Shown: positions 40,950 through 51,666, numbered from the stretch's first letter. The stretch is 64,000 nt of DNA from an uncultured candidatus Porisulfidus sp. (GCA_965204575.1 OZ241993.1:1440001-1504000); one strand, 5' to 3'. Notes: generated by a model from the sequence alone, not told the origin. Program-made: numbers and translations.

Positions 40950-42212
40950 TTAAGTGATTCCGCTAAACGGAATCACTTCCACGATAGCCCCTTTTTCAAC
41001 CGGGCCTTGCTCCAACGGCAGCACGATAAAGCAGTTTGCCTGACTCATCGAAGTCAGGATGCCGGAACCCTGTGCTCCAGTGCAGGAGACCGTGTGGCTG
41101 CCATCCTCCGTCTGTTGGAGAATACCCCGCTGGTATTCCACACGCCCTTGCCGCTTGCGTAGCGAAGATGTAACCGGAACGCGCAAAGCCAATGGCCGCT
41201 GCTCAGTGGCACCCGCCATGCGGAGCAGGGCAGGTCGCACGAACTGATAGAAAGTCACCATCACTGAGACCGGATTTCCGGGCAACCCGAAGAATTTCGC
41301 TGCCCCAATCCGGCCAAACGCCAAGGGGCGCCCGGGTTTGATCGCGACTTTCCAGAAGTTCACGTCGCCTAGCTCGCCCAGCACTTCCTTCACGTAGTCG
41401 GCCTCCCCGACCGAGACCCCGCCAGATGTGATGACCATATCAGCCTGCTCAGAAGCCTCGTGAAACGCCTGGACAACCGCGGCACGATCGTCACGCACCA
41501 CGCCCAAATCCAAGGCGTCTACATGAAGATGCCGCAGCATGGCCGACAGGGTGTAGCGGTTGCTGTTGTAGATTTGACCGTCCTCCAGGGGTTCGCCGAC
41601 TTCCCGAAGCTCATCTCCGGTCGAGAAGAAAGCGACCCGAATGCGGCGGCGTACGAAAACCTTGGGAATGCCGACCGAGGCAAGCAAGCCCAGCTCCACA
41701 GGTCCGAGCAAATGTCCGGGTTCCAATATCACGCTTCCTGCGGCAATGTCTTCGCCTGCAGCCCGGACGTTCTGCCCGGGTTTCTCTCCGGGCGAGATTT
41801 CGATTTCCGTGTCGCTAACCGCCCGGACCCGCTCCTGGATGACAACGGTGTCTGCCGCATCCGGCATGACCCCCCCGGTCATGATGCGAACACATTCTCC
41901 AGAGCCTACCGAACCGCCGTGGGGATGGCCCGCAAACGACGACCCGATCAAAGTGAAGGTTTTGGATTCTTGGGCGGGCAAGTCCTGCCCCCGCACGGCG
42001 TAGCCGTCCATCGCCGAGTTTGTGTGGCCGGGCACATCGATTTCCGAGCGCACTTCGGCGGCTAGCACACGATCCAGCGCCTCCATGGTCGAAACTGTTT
42101 CCGTTTCCGTTATGGGCTGGACGACAGACTGAACGTGCTCACTGGCTTGATCCGGTGTGATCGACTCTGGATCAAAATCGTCCATGCAGCTGAAAGAGGT
42201 TTTGGCATTCAT
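40950..42212 (-). CDS. moeA: Molybdopterin molybdotransferase
   Basis: NSAMDGYA, RIMTG, STGDEL, SGGVSVG, GLPGNPVS. Confidence 0.95.
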   Translation of the reverse strand: MNAKTSFSCMDDFDPESITPDQASEHVQSVVQPITETETVSTMEALDRVLAAEVRSEIDVPGHTNSAMDGYAVRGQDLPAQESKTFTLIGSSFAGHPHGGSVGSGECVRIMTGGVMPDAADTVVIQERVRAVSDTEIEISPGEKPGQNVRAAGEDIAAGSVILEPGHLLGPVELGLLASVGIPKVFVRRRIRVAFFSTGDELREVGEPLEDGQIYNSNRYTLSAMLRHLHVDALDLGVVRDDRAAVVQAFHEASEQADMVITSGGVSVGEADYVKEVLGELGDVNFWKVAIKPGRPLAFGRIGAAKFFGLPGNPVSVMVTFYQFVRPALLRMAGATEQRPLALRVPVTSSLRKRQGRVEYQRGILQQTEDGSHTVSCTGAQGSGILTSMSQANCFIVLPLEQGPVEKGAIVEVIPFSGIT

Positions 42213-42733
42213 CGACGTGCCCTCCTCAGAAGGACGTTGACGGCTCCGGTGTTGCCGGGAACACTGTGAAAGCCGAGAACCTCCGGGTGCTGGCGCAATG
42301 CGGCGTCGACCAATCCCTTCAGGCGTGAACCTTGACTCTCAGAGTGGTGTCCTTTTCCGTGGATCAGGCACAGGAGACGGCGATTCATCTGTTGCGCATG
42401 GGCGATAGCGGCCGCGATGGTATCGCAAGCTTCCCGCGCATCTTGGCCATGCAGGTCGATTTCCTCGGGAGAAGGAGATAACCGGCCTCTGCGCAAATTC
42501 TGGTAATCCTTGTCCAGCAACCCGGGACGGCGCCAATTCAGGATCTCCCGCCTATCCATGGGTTTCGCCTCGGGAACTTCGATCGGACGTTCTCGCGCCG
42601 CCTGCCGTGTCGCAGGAGGCTGGGGCTCGGGCGTCGAGAATGCGCGGTCAGAGCGGGAGCGACGTCCGAGAGGGGCAACCCCCGTCATGGCCTGCTCAAA
42701 CGCCTCAAGGTCTTCGTTGCGGGCTTTATCCAT
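42209..42733 (-). CDS. Smr/MutS2 domain protein
   Basis: IDLHG, IHGKG, GNTGAVNVLL. Confidence 0.85.
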   Translation of the reverse strand: MDKARNEDLEAFEQAMTGVAPLGRRSRSDRAFSTPEPQPPATRQAARERPIEVPEAKPMDRREILNWRRPGLLDKDYQNLRRGRLSPSPEEIDLHGQDAREACDTIAAAIAHAQQMNRRLLCLIHGKGHHSESQGSRLKGLVDAALRQHPEVLGFHSVPGNTGAVNVLLRRARR

Positions 42734-42902
42734 AGTGAAAGACAAAGGAAAACGGCAATTTCCAAGTATATGCAATTCATTTTCGCATGAGGCCATCCTC
42801 TGCGAAAGGCGAGCGCAAGTCTATTCTTTCCAAGTTTGCGGGCGCGAAGTTAAAATAGGCTGAACAGGCCGGCTTCCGGGTTCCGGCAATTCTGCACAGA
42901 CC

Positions 42903-43658
42903 ATGCGCCTACTGCTGAGCAACGATGACGGGTACCAGGCCCCCGGTCTTGAGTGTCTGGCCGAACACTTGGGCGCATTGGCCGAATTGACGGTGATTGC
43001 GCCTTCTCGCGACCGTAGCGGCGCAAGCAACTCCCTGACGCTTGACCGCGACCTGCATGTGTGCACGGCTCCCAATGGCTTCTATTACGTGGAAGAGGGC
43101 ACCCCGACCGATTGCGTGCACCTGGGTATCACCGGGCTGATGGATCCGGAGCCGGACATGGTTGTGTCCGGCATCAACAATGGCGCCAATTTGGGAGACG
43201 ATGTGCTTTATTCGGGCACGGTTGCGGCTGCCATGGAAGGACGGACATTGGGGTTCCCGGCGATCGCGGTTTCGATAACGTCCCGTACCCCGCAACACTA
43301 TGAGACGGCCGCGCACATTGCCTGTTCCCTGGTTCGCCGCCTGTCGGAGCGGGCACTTCCCCCAGAAATTATTCTCAACATCAACGTTCCAGACCTGCCG
43401 TTGGAAGATTTGCGCGGCTTGCGCATGACTCGGCTGGGCCATCGGCATCGCGCGGAGCCTGCGATTCGGCAAGAGGATGTAGATGATCGTTCCGTCTGGC
43501 GCGTCGGACCACCGGGGCCGGACAAGGATGGGGGAGAAGGCACCGACTTTCATGCGGTGCGCGAAGGTTTCGCTTCCGTCACGCCGATGCAGGTAGACTT
43601 GACTCGACACCGTGATTTCGACAGCCTGTCGAAATGGCTGCAACAGATCGCCTTGTGA
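42903..43658 (+). CDS. surE: 5'/3'-nucleotidase SurE
   Basis: LLSNDDG, GTPTDC, SGINNGANLG, YSGTV. Confidence 0.96.
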   Translation: MRLLLSNDDGYQAPGLECLAEHLGALAELTVIAPSRDRSGASNSLTLDRDLHVCTAPNGFYYVEEGTPTDCVHLGITGLMDPEPDMVVSGINNGANLGDDVLYSGTVAAAMEGRTLGFPAIAVSITSRTPQHYETAAHIACSLVRRLSERALPPEIILNINVPDLPLEDLRGLRMTRLGHRHRAEPAIRQEDVDDRSVWRVGPPGPDKDGGEGTDFHAVREGFASVTPMQVDLTRHRDFDSLSKWLQQIAL

Positions 43659-44320
43659 AAGCGCATAAGAACGAAGGAGCCGGCATGACCGCCGCTCGGC
43701 ACCAAGCAGCCTTGATCGAGCGTTTGCGCGAGAAGGGGATTGGGAACGAAGCTGTACTGCAAGCCATCCAGGAGACTCCTCGGCACCGTTTCGTGAGCGA
43801 CGCGGTCGCCCGTCACGCCTATCGCGATGATGCCTTGCCGATTGGCTACGATCAGACCATTTCCCAACCGTACGTGGTGGCCTTCATGACGCAGGCCCTG
43901 TTGGAGGAGGAGCCTCCCCAGATTGTGCTTGAGATCGGAACCGGATCCGGCTATCAATCCGCAGTTCTGGCGAAGCTGGTGAAACGGGTCTACAGTATCG
44001 AGCGCATTCCCCAGTTGCATCGACAGTCGAGCCAACGCCTTCGCGAACTAGGCATCCACAACGTCTCCACCCGCCTGGGGGATGGAAGCCGAGGGTGGCC
44101 CGAACGTGCGCCTTACGAGGCGATCATGCTCACGGCAGCCAGTCCCGCCCCGCCCGAAGCGCTTCTGGAACAACTGTCCGAAGGGGGCCGATTGCTAATC
44201 CCGGAGGGCGCGCCCCAGGAAGTCCAGACGCTGGTACGCTACGTCAGGACAGCAAGAGGCATCACTCGAGAAGATCTTCTAGACGTGTTGTTTGTACCGC
44301 TGGTCTCTCAGGCAGGCTGA
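43655..44320 (+). CDS. pcm: Protein-L-isoaspartate O-methyltransferase
   Basis: QTISQPY, VLEIGTGSGYQ, FVPL; start uncertain (43655 GTG or 43685 ATG). Confidence 0.93.
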   Translation: MKAHKNEGAGMTAARHQAALIERLREKGIGNEAVLQAIQETPRHRFVSDAVARHAYRDDALPIGYDQTISQPYVVAFMTQALLEEEPPQIVLEIGTGSGYQSAVLAKLVKRVYSIERIPQLHRQSSQRLRELGIHNVSTRLGDGSRGWPERAPYEAIMLTAASPAPPEALLEQLSEGGRLLIPEGAPQEVQTLVRYVRTARGITREDLLDVLFVPLVSQAG

Positions 44321-44321
44321 T

Positions 44322-44903
44322 ATGCGCTTGTTCGCCCCGTTATACGACCAGACTCTGCGCTGGGCCCGTCACGCACAGGCACCCTGGGCCCTGAGCATAC
44401 TGAGCTTTGCGGAATCCGTCATATTTCCCATTCCGACGGACGTGATGCTGGCACCCATGGTACTGGCGCAGCCGCTGAAATGGCTGCATTACGCGGCTCT
44501 TGCGACGATTTTCTCGGTGTTCGGCGGTGTTTTCGGTTACCTGCTGGGAGCTTGGGCGTTCGACTGGGCCTCCGCCTGGCTTCTGGCCAATGATGGAACT
44601 CAGGCATTTGCGGAGGCACAGCAACTGTTCCAGGAGTGGGGGGTCTGGTTTGTTTTCATTGCCGCCTTCACGCCTGTCCCCTACAAGGTATTCACGATCA
44701 GCGCCGGCTTCATGACGCTGGCGCTGATACCATTCGTTATCGCCTCAATAGCGGGCCGGGCAGCACGGTTCTTCCTCGTTGCCGGCCTTGTGCGCTGGGT
44801 GGGGGCTCGGTATGAGCCCTTGTTGCGTCGTCACATAGAATCTGTCGGCTGGCTGATCGTCGCCATTTTGATTATGGTCTTCGTGTACCGAGAATGGTTC
44901 TGA
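44322..44903 (+). CDS. YqaA family (DedA/VTT) membrane protein
   Basis: SFAESVIFPIPTD, FTPVPYKVF, GRAARFF. Confidence 0.88.
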   Translation: MRLFAPLYDQTLRWARHAQAPWALSILSFAESVIFPIPTDVMLAPMVLAQPLKWLHYAALATIFSVFGGVFGYLLGAWAFDWASAWLLANDGTQAFAEAQQLFQEWGVWFVFIAAFTPVPYKVFTISAGFMTLALIPFVIASIAGRAARFFLVAGLVRWVGARYEPLLRRHIESVGWLIVAILIMVFVYREWF

Positions 44904-45667
44904 AGAAGAGTGTCTGGCAGGCCCTGATCCTTGGGGTGCTGTGTACCGGGAGCGTCTCTTGCGGGGTTCTCTCAGACATCCTGCCGTCAGACATCCTACC
45001 GCTTCTCAAGTCCACCGCCTCTTCCGAAAAAAAACAAAAAAAATTAAAGGCCTGCTATCCGGTCAGGAACAAGGAGATTACCTATATCGTGCGCAAAGGC
45101 GACACGTTGAGCGAAATTGCAGAATGCTTCAAGACGCGTTGGTATTACATCGCCAAACGGAACGGGATCAAGGACCCCAACCAGATTAAAGTCGGGCAGA
45201 AACTGATCATTCCACCACGGTCAGGCAAGGCGACGAGCAGCAGCGGGAGAAAGGGCAAAAGCGTTTCCACGTCTTCACGACCGCCGACCCGTGCAAAGAG
45301 CGGCATCAACTGGATTTGGCCGGCTCAGGGCAAGATCATTCGGAAATTCTCTTCCAAGGGGTCAGGGAAGCAGGGAATCTCGATCTCCGGCAAGATGGGA
45401 CAGAAGATCGTATCCGCAGCTCCGGGCAAGGTGGTCTACAGCGGAGAAGGGCTGGTTGGTTACGGGAAACTGATCATCGTGCAGCACAAGAGAGATTTCC
45501 TGACCGCCTATGCGCATAACAACCGCTTGCTGGTCAAGGAGGGGCAATCAGTCAAGAGAGGGCAGACCATTGCACATATGGGGAAGACGGCGGCGAAGAC
45601 GCCGCGGCTTCATTTCGAGATTCGCTATAAAGGGAATGCCGTCGACCCGATGAAATACCTGCCTTAG
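44894..45667 (+). CDS. nlpD: LysM/M23 lipoprotein NlpD-like
   Basis: Lipobox-like Cys, LysM YIVRKGDTL, WIWP, YAHN, LHFEIR. Confidence 0.85.
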   Translation: MVLKKSVWQALILGVLCTGSVSCGVLSDILPSDILPLLKSTASSEKKQKKLKACYPVRNKEITYIVRKGDTLSEIAECFKTRWYYIAKRNGIKDPNQIKVGQKLIIPPRSGKATSSSGRKGKSVSTSSRPPTRAKSGINWIWPAQGKIIRKFSSKGSGKQGISISGKMGQKIVSAAPGKVVYSGEGLVGYGKLIIVQHKRDFLTAYAHNNRLLVKEGQSVKRGQTIAHMGKTAAKTPRLHFEIRYKGNAVDPMKYLP

Positions 45668-46038
45668 GCCGGCAGGATCAGGCAGGCTACGACATTCCGT
45701 CCATCCTGGGCGAGCAGGTTATAGGTCCGGCAGGCCGCGACCGTAGTCATAGCCTCCAGGCCGATCTCCCGGCTCAGCAGTGCCCCGTAGACCTCCGGGT
45801 CCGGCAGTTGGAGGTCTGCGCCCGTGCCGAGAATCACCAATTCAGGCTGGTGATCAATTACCGTTGAGAAATGTTCCGGTTTCAATGGCTCGCCAGCGAC
45901 GACGGGCCATGCCTGCACTGGCTGGCCGGGCAGCAGCATGAAGCTTTCCGTTAAATCCTGCTCATTGACGCGGATTCCCTCCGCGCTGCACGAGTGGATG
46001 ATGAATTCCGCCGCCGCGTGATCTTCCGCAAACTGCAT
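45664..46038 (-). CDS. Mth938-like domain protein
   Basis: LVILGTG, AACRTYNLL..DGR. Confidence 0.88.
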   Translation of the reverse strand: MQFAEDHAAAEFIIHSCSAEGIRVNEQDLTESFMLLPGQPVQAWPVVAGEPLKPEHFSTVIDHQPELVILGTGADLQLPDPEVYGALLSREIGLEAMTTVAACRTYNLLAQDGRNVVACLILPA

Positions 46039-46117
46039 GCCTAATACTATAATGGCTTAATGCAGGGCGTTAGCCGTTGCTCCCGACCATCGAAAACCGA
46101 CTAGCGGCCGTTTTCCC

Positions 46118-47299
46118 GTGACCGAAGAGTTCCAGCGCGTCTCGCGCCTTCCCCCCTATGTATTCAGCATCGTCAGCGACCTGAGGTCCAAGGCGCGTCG
46201 ACGCGGCGAAGACATCATCGATTTTGGGATGGGCAACCCGGATCAGCCCACGCCGCAGCATATCGTGGACAAGCTCTGCGAAACCGTGGCCCGGGGCGAC
46301 ACGCATCGGTATTCCACCTCGCGCGGCATCCCACGCCTGCGCCAGGCAATCGCCGGCTGGTACCGACAAAAATTCGACGTAGAGCTCGATCCGGAGACGG
46401 AAGCCATCGTGACGATCGGATCAAAAGAGGGCTTGGCTCACCTGGCCTTGGCCGTGCTGTCTCCGGGAGACATGGTGGTCGTGCCGAATCCGGCCTATCC
46501 GATCCACCCGTACAGTTGCGTCATCGCCGGGGCCGAACTCAACTACGTGCCCATAGACGATGAAGAAGAATTCCTGAACTCCCTGCAGCAGACCATCGAG
46601 AATTGCTGGCCGCGTCCGAAAATGCTGCTGCTGAATTTTCCCTGCAATCCGACGGGGCATTGCGTGGGATTGGATTTCTACGCCAAGGTGGTGGACATTG
46701 CGCAAGAATACAAACTGTGGGTAGTCCAGGACATCGCTTACGCTGAATTGGCCTTTGACGACTACGTGGTGCCGTCCATCCTGCAGGTAAAGGGAGCCAA
46801 GGACGTGGCGGTAGAGTTTTATACTCTGTCGAAGTCCTACAACATGCCAGGCTGGAGGGTCGGGTTTATGTGCGGGAATGCACGCTTGGTCAGTGCGCTT
46901 TCGCGAATCAAGTCCTACGTGGATTACGGGCTGTTCACCCCGATCCAAGTGGCCGCCATCGCCGCGTTGGAAGGACCGCAGGATTGTATCCGCGAAATCT
47001 GCCAGATGTACCAGGAGCGCCGGGATGTGCTGTGCGACGGGCTGAACGCGATGGGCTGGCCCGTGACGAAGCCGTCCGCGACCATGTTTGTGTGGGCGCC
47101 ACTTCCGGAAGCCTGCGCGGACCTGGGGTCGCTTGAATTCAGCAAGATGCTCTTGAAACGGGCCAAGGTCGCGGTTTCACCGGGGATCGGGTTCGGGCAG
47201 CACGGCAACGGGCATGTCCGCTTCAGCCTGATTGAAAACACGCAAAGGACCCGCCAGGCGCTGCGCAATATCAAGTCGATGATGAGGGACGCGGAATGA
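46118..47299 (+). CDS. alaC: Alanine transaminase (class I/II aminotransferase)
   Basis: RLPPYVF, GMGNPD, IGSKEG, SKSYNMPGWRVG; upstream of hom. Confidence 0.88.
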   Translation: MTEEFQRVSRLPPYVFSIVSDLRSKARRRGEDIIDFGMGNPDQPTPQHIVDKLCETVARGDTHRYSTSRGIPRLRQAIAGWYRQKFDVELDPETEAIVTIGSKEGLAHLALAVLSPGDMVVVPNPAYPIHPYSCVIAGAELNYVPIDDEEEFLNSLQQTIENCWPRPKMLLLNFPCNPTGHCVGLDFYAKVVDIAQEYKLWVVQDIAYAELAFDDYVVPSILQVKGAKDVAVEFYTLSKSYNMPGWRVGFMCGNARLVSALSRIKSYVDYGLFTPIQVAAIAALEGPQDCIREICQMYQERRDVLCDGLNAMGWPVTKPSATMFVWAPLPEACADLGSLEFSKMLLKRAKVAVSPGIGFGQHGNGHVRFSLIENTQRTRQALRNIKSMMRDAE

Positions 47300-48618
47300 A
47301 TGGAAATGAGATGAAGGTCGGATTGCTGGGGCTCGGTTGCGTGGGCTGCGGCGTTATTCGCGCGTTGTCACGCAACCAGGAAGAAATCGAACGCCGGGCT
47401 GGCCGGCGCTTGGATATCGTCGTCGCCTGCGCCAGAGACCTGAACAAGGAACGGGACTGCGACCTCGACGGAATCCAGCTGGCGCAGGATCCGCAGCAGG
47501 TCGTGGATCATCCGGAAGTGGACGTGGTGATCGAACTGATGGGCGGCATCGATCCCGCACGCGAACTGATCCTGCGTGCAATCGACCAAGGTCGGCCGGT
47601 GATTACTGCGAACAAGCACCTGATCGCCCTGCACGGGAGCAAGATATTCGCGCGCGCAGAGCAGAAGGGCGTCAACATTGCATTCGAGGCAGCCGTTGCG
47701 GGCAGCATTCCGATCATCAAGAACATCCGGGAAAGCCTGAGCGGGAACCGGATCGAATGGATTGCCGGGATCATCAACGGCACGGGCAACTACATCCTCA
47801 CGGCAATGGAAGAGGAAGGCCGCCCGTTTTCGGAAATACTTGCCGAAGCACAGCGGCTCGGCTACGCGGAGGCGGACCCGACTTTTGATGTCGACGGCAC
47901 CGATGCTGCGCACAAGCTGACGATTCTGGCCTCAATCGCCTTCGGCATTCCCCTGTCTTACGAGCATGTACATGTTGAAGGGATCTCGGACATCACTTCG
48001 GAAAACATCGCGGATGCCCGTTCCCTGGGTTACCGGATCAAGCATCTGGGCATCGCCAAGAGGGCAGACGAAGGAATCGAACTGCGAGTCCACCCCACCC
48101 TGATCCCGTGTTCACGCCTAGTGGCCAATGTTGCCGGAGTCATGAATGCCGTGGTCGTGAAGTCCGATGCAGCGGGGGCACATCTGTACTATGGCGCCGG
48201 CGCCGGTGGAGACCCGACGGCTTCGGCAGTCATCGCGGATCTTGTGGATGTGGTGCGGACGCTGACCACTGATGCAGAAAACCGAGTGCCACACTTGGCC
48301 TACCAGCCCCATGCATTGAGCGACATTCCCATCCTGCCGATCGGGCAGGTCACGACCGCCTGCTATCTGAGATTGCAGGCAATCGACCGCCCCGGCGTTC
48401 TGGCTTCGGTCACCGACATCCTCGGCAGCCTGGGAATCAGCATCGAGGCGATCCAGCAACGTGAGCCCGACGCCGAAGGTGCGGACGGCAGCGTTCCGGT
48501 AATTCTGCTGACCCACGAAGTTCCGGAAGATCGCATGAACCAGGCACTTTCGCACATTGAGGAATTGGATGACATCGTTGCCCCCGTTCAGAGGATTCGG
48601 ATCGAACTTCTGAAATAA
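47296..48618 (+). CDS. hom: Homoserine dehydrogenase
   Basis: GLGCVG, TANK, FEAAVAG, GYAEADP, C-terminal ACT domain. Confidence 0.95.
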   Translation: MNGNEMKVGLLGLGCVGCGVIRALSRNQEEIERRAGRRLDIVVACARDLNKERDCDLDGIQLAQDPQQVVDHPEVDVVIELMGGIDPARELILRAIDQGRPVITANKHLIALHGSKIFARAEQKGVNIAFEAAVAGSIPIIKNIRESLSGNRIEWIAGIINGTGNYILTAMEEEGRPFSEILAEAQRLGYAEADPTFDVDGTDAAHKLTILASIAFGIPLSYEHVHVEGISDITSENIADARSLGYRIKHLGIAKRADEGIELRVHPTLIPCSRLVANVAGVMNAVVVKSDAAGAHLYYGAGAGGDPTASAVIADLVDVVRTLTTDAENRVPHLAYQPHALSDIPILPIGQVTTACYLRLQAIDRPGVLASVTDILGSLGISIEAIQQREPDAEGADGSVPVILLTHEVPEDRMNQALSHIEELDDIVAPVQRIRIELLK

Positions 48619-48635
48619 GGGGGATCAAATGGAAT

Positions 48636-49766
48636 ATGGAGACACGACGCTACACCGGGTTGATTGACCGTTATCGGGAATTCCTGCCCATTGCGCAGGA
48701 CACGCCAGCGGTTACCCTGTGCGAGGGTGATACCCCGCTCATCGAGTTGAAGCGACTGCCTCGCGAATGGGGGACGGACTGCCGGGTGTTGGCCAAGTTC
48801 GAAGGGCTCAACCCGACCGGCTCATTCAAGGATCGAGGCATGACCGTGGCGGTGACCCGAGCCGCGGAAGCGGGCAGCCGGGCGATCATCTGCGCATCTA
48901 CGGGCAACACTTCGGCATCCGCTGCGGCTTATGCCACTCGGGCCGGCATGGAATGTTTCGTGCTGATTCCAGAAGGAAACGTGGCACTCGGAAAACTTGC
49001 CCAGGCGATTATGCACGGCGCGACCATCCTCCAGATCAAGGGGAATTTCGACGATGGCATGCGACTCGTCCGGAAAGTGGGTGAGGAAATGCCCGTATCC
49101 ATCGTCAATTCAATCAATCCCTACCGGCTCCAGGGACAAAAAACCATCGCCTATGAAGTCGTTGGTGCTTTGGCAGGCGTACCGGATTACCATTGCCTCC
49201 CGGTCGGGAATGCGGGCAATATCAGCGCGCACTGGATCGGATACAGCGAATTGGCCGGCTGCCGCTCCGAAGTGACGGAAGCCTGCGAGTCTTCGTTGGA
49301 CTCACACAATATCGAAGTGCCGAAACAGGTCGACAAACGACCGGTCATGGTGGGTTACCAGGCCTCGGGCAGCGCCCCGTTCCTGCGGGGTAAATGGGTG
49401 GAGAAGCCGGAGACCCGAGCGACGGCCATCCGCATCGGCCACCCGCAGAGCTGGGATTACGCCTGGACCGTGCACCGCGAGTCGGGCGGCTGGTTCGATG
49501 AATGCACGGACGAAGAAATCCTGGAAACGCAAAGGCAGCTGGCCAGCAATGAGGGAATTTTCTGCGAGCCGGCGTCGGCCGTGTCGGTCGCGGGCGTCAT
49601 GCGGGACATCCGCTCGGGCAAGATCGAAAATGGCAGTACCGTGGTCTGCACACTGACGGGGCACGGATTGAAGGACCCCAGCGTGGTCGAGGACGTGAAA
49701 CTGGAAAGCGTCGAACCCACTCTGGCGAACATCAAGGACGCAATCGGGAACAAGCTGGGAACCTGA
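48636..49766 (+). CDS. thrC: Threonine synthase
   Basis: NPTGSFKDRG, ASTGNT, PVGNAGN, TGHGLKD. Confidence 0.95.
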   Translation: METRRYTGLIDRYREFLPIAQDTPAVTLCEGDTPLIELKRLPREWGTDCRVLAKFEGLNPTGSFKDRGMTVAVTRAAEAGSRAIICASTGNTSASAAAYATRAGMECFVLIPEGNVALGKLAQAIMHGATILQIKGNFDDGMRLVRKVGEEMPVSIVNSINPYRLQGQKTIAYEVVGALAGVPDYHCLPVGNAGNISAHWIGYSELAGCRSEVTEACESSLDSHNIEVPKQVDKRPVMVGYQASGSAPFLRGKWVEKPETRATAIRIGHPQSWDYAWTVHRESGGWFDECTDEEILETQRQLASNEGIFCEPASAVSVAGVMRDIRSGKIENGSTVVCTLTGHGLKDPSVVEDVKLESVEPTLANIKDAIGNKLGT

Positions 49767-49806
49767 GTCTCGCCTCGCTCCCGCACAGGAGACGGATCGG
49801 TTCAGA

Positions 49807-50250
49807 TCAAGACGCAGATTTGATGCAGCCCAGCCGGGTGAAGGGAATCAAGCGAGGCGTTGCCGTCTGATAGTCGCTGTAGGAAGGGTAACGCGACGCG
49901 GATATGGTTTCGGTCATTTTGGTCGAGCCGAAGAACACACCGGTAATCCTCCCCGCCGGGCTAATAGCCCCCTTTTCGCGCGTAATTGAATGTCAAGCGG
50001 ATTGTCCAGAGGCACACCAGAAGCGTCATCAAGTTCAGGCGGGATGATTCGAAATCCGCGCTTGAAGCAACCAGCGGGCAAAAAATATGGCCGGAGCCAT
50101 CGGCCAAACCCGATCGACCCACGAATATTCGCGCGTGATGATCGATAGCAGCCAGCACGTAATCGCCAAGACGATGGCGAGATCAAAAACGGCTCCATAC
50201 GGCGTGCCCACCATAGGATGGTTGATGAAGTTGAGGAGCGAAAGATCCAC
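49807..50250 (-). pseudogene. Degraded DUF1295 (steroid 5-alpha-reductase-like) membrane protein gene
   Basis: Fragments in different frames: EYSWVDRVW / LWTIRLTFNYARKGGY*PGGEDYR / FGSTKMTETISASRYPSYSDYQ...RLIPF; frameshift, stop codon and internal deletion. Confidence 0.75.
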
Positions 50251-50274
50251 TGTCGGATCTGCCCCGAAGTTTGA

Positions 50275-51666
50275 TCAGATCCGGCGTGCCAACTCGGCTG
50301 CGGCACCGATGTAGTCACGTGGCGTCATTGCCGACAGTCGTTGCTTGGCTTCGTCCGGCAAATCCAATCCCGAAATGAACTCGGCTAGGTTCTCCCGGGT
50401 GATGTGCTGTCCCCGGGTGAATGCCTTGAGCTGTTCGTAGGGGTCCGGCAGGCCGTAACGTTTCATTACGGTCTGGACGGCTTCCGCCAAAACCTCGGGA
50501 CAGGCTTCCAGATCATCATCCAGCCGCTCCGCATCCACATCCAACTTGCCCAGGCCGCGCTCAAGCGCGGCGTATGCATTGGTGCTGCATGCCAAGGTCG
50601 CACCCATATTCCGCAATACGGTGGAATCGCTCAGGTCGCGCTGCAGGCGTGAAATTGGCAGTTTGTTCGCATAGTAGTCCAGTTCGGCGCAAGCCAACCC
50701 CAAGTTGCCCTCCGCATTCTCGAAGTCGATCGGATTGACCTTGTGCGGCATGGTGGAGGAGCCGACTTCACCGATTTTGGTCTTCTGCTGGAAGTAGCCC
50801 AGAGAAATGTACTGCCAGACGTCCCGCGCGAAATCGGTCAGCAGGTTGTTGATCCGAATCAGGCAGTGGAAGAACTCTGCAAACTGGTCGTAGGGTTCGA
50901 TTTGCGTCGTGTAGGAATTCGAATCCAACCCGAGCGAATCCAGGACTTTTTTGGAAAGCTCGGTCCAGTCGACTTCCGGGTAGGCAGCGAGATGTGCGTT
51001 GTAGTTGCCGACGGCGCCGTTCATCTTGCCCAGAAAACGCATGCTACGAAGAGGTTCCAGTTGGCGTCGGAGCCGGGCAACCGTCACCGCGAGTTCCTTG
51101 CCGACGGTGGTTGGCGAGGCGGGCTGGCCGTGTGTGCGCGACAACATCGGGATCTCCGCATATTCATGAGCCATGCTCTGAATGTTTTGTTCAAGGCGTT
51201 CCAGTGCCGGCAACACGACCTCCGTGCGGGCGCGGTCAAGCATCAGGGCGTAGGCGGGATGGTTGGCATCCCACGAAGTGCAGGCAAAGTGAATGAATCC
51301 TTCCAGCGTGCCCAGATCCGGATCTTCCTTGAGCTTTTCGCGTAAGAAATACTCCAAGGCCTTGACATCGTGATTGGTTTCTTTTTCGATGTCCTTGACC
51401 TGCTGAGCCTGATCAGGAGAGAACCCCGAAACCAGCGACTGCAGGCGCTCTTTGGCCTCATCGGATAAAGGTGGAACTTCTGGAATCCCCGGATGATCCG
51501 ACAAGGCCAAAAGCCATGCGGCCTCCACCTCAAGACGGTGGTGAATCAGGCCGAATTCTGAGAATAACTGGCGCAGCCGCGTGCTTGTGGTCTTGTAGTA
51601 GCGCCCATCAACCGGCGACAGGGCGGTCAAAGGCGAAAGTTCCAAACGCGCGGCTCTCAAGAACAA
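50275..51666 (-). CDS. purB: Adenylosuccinate lyase
   Basis: LTALSPVDGRY, TNHDVKA, SRTHGQ, GSSTMPHKVNP; exact start uncertain. Confidence 0.96.
   Translation of the reverse strand: MFLRAARLELSPLTALSPVDGRYYKTTSTRLRQLFSEFGLIHHRLEVEAAWLLALSDHPGIPEVPPLSDEAKERLQSLVSGFSPDQAQQVKDIEKETNHDVKALEYFLREKLKEDPDLGTLEGFIHFACTSWDANHPAYALMLDRARTEVVLPALERLEQNIQSMAHEYAEIPMLSRTHGQPASPTTVGKELAVTVARLRRQLEPLRSMRFLGKMNGAVGNYNAHLAAYPEVDWTELSKKVLDSLGLDSNSYTTQIEPYDQFAEFFHCLIRINNLLTDFARDVWQYISLGYFQQKTKIGEVGSSTMPHKVNPIDFENAEGNLGLACAELDYYANKLPISRLQRDLSDSTVLRNMGATLACSTNAYAALERGLGKLDVDAERLDDDLEACPEVLAEAVQTVMKRYGLPDPYEQLKAFTRGQHITRENLAEFISGLDLPDEAKQRLSAMTPRDYIGAAAELARRI

Noticed and set aside
45664-46038. Absence of rpoS after nlpD
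   Set aside because: nlpD followed by a convergent Mth938-like gene occurs in other gammaproteobacteria, and absence from the genome cannot be judged from one window.
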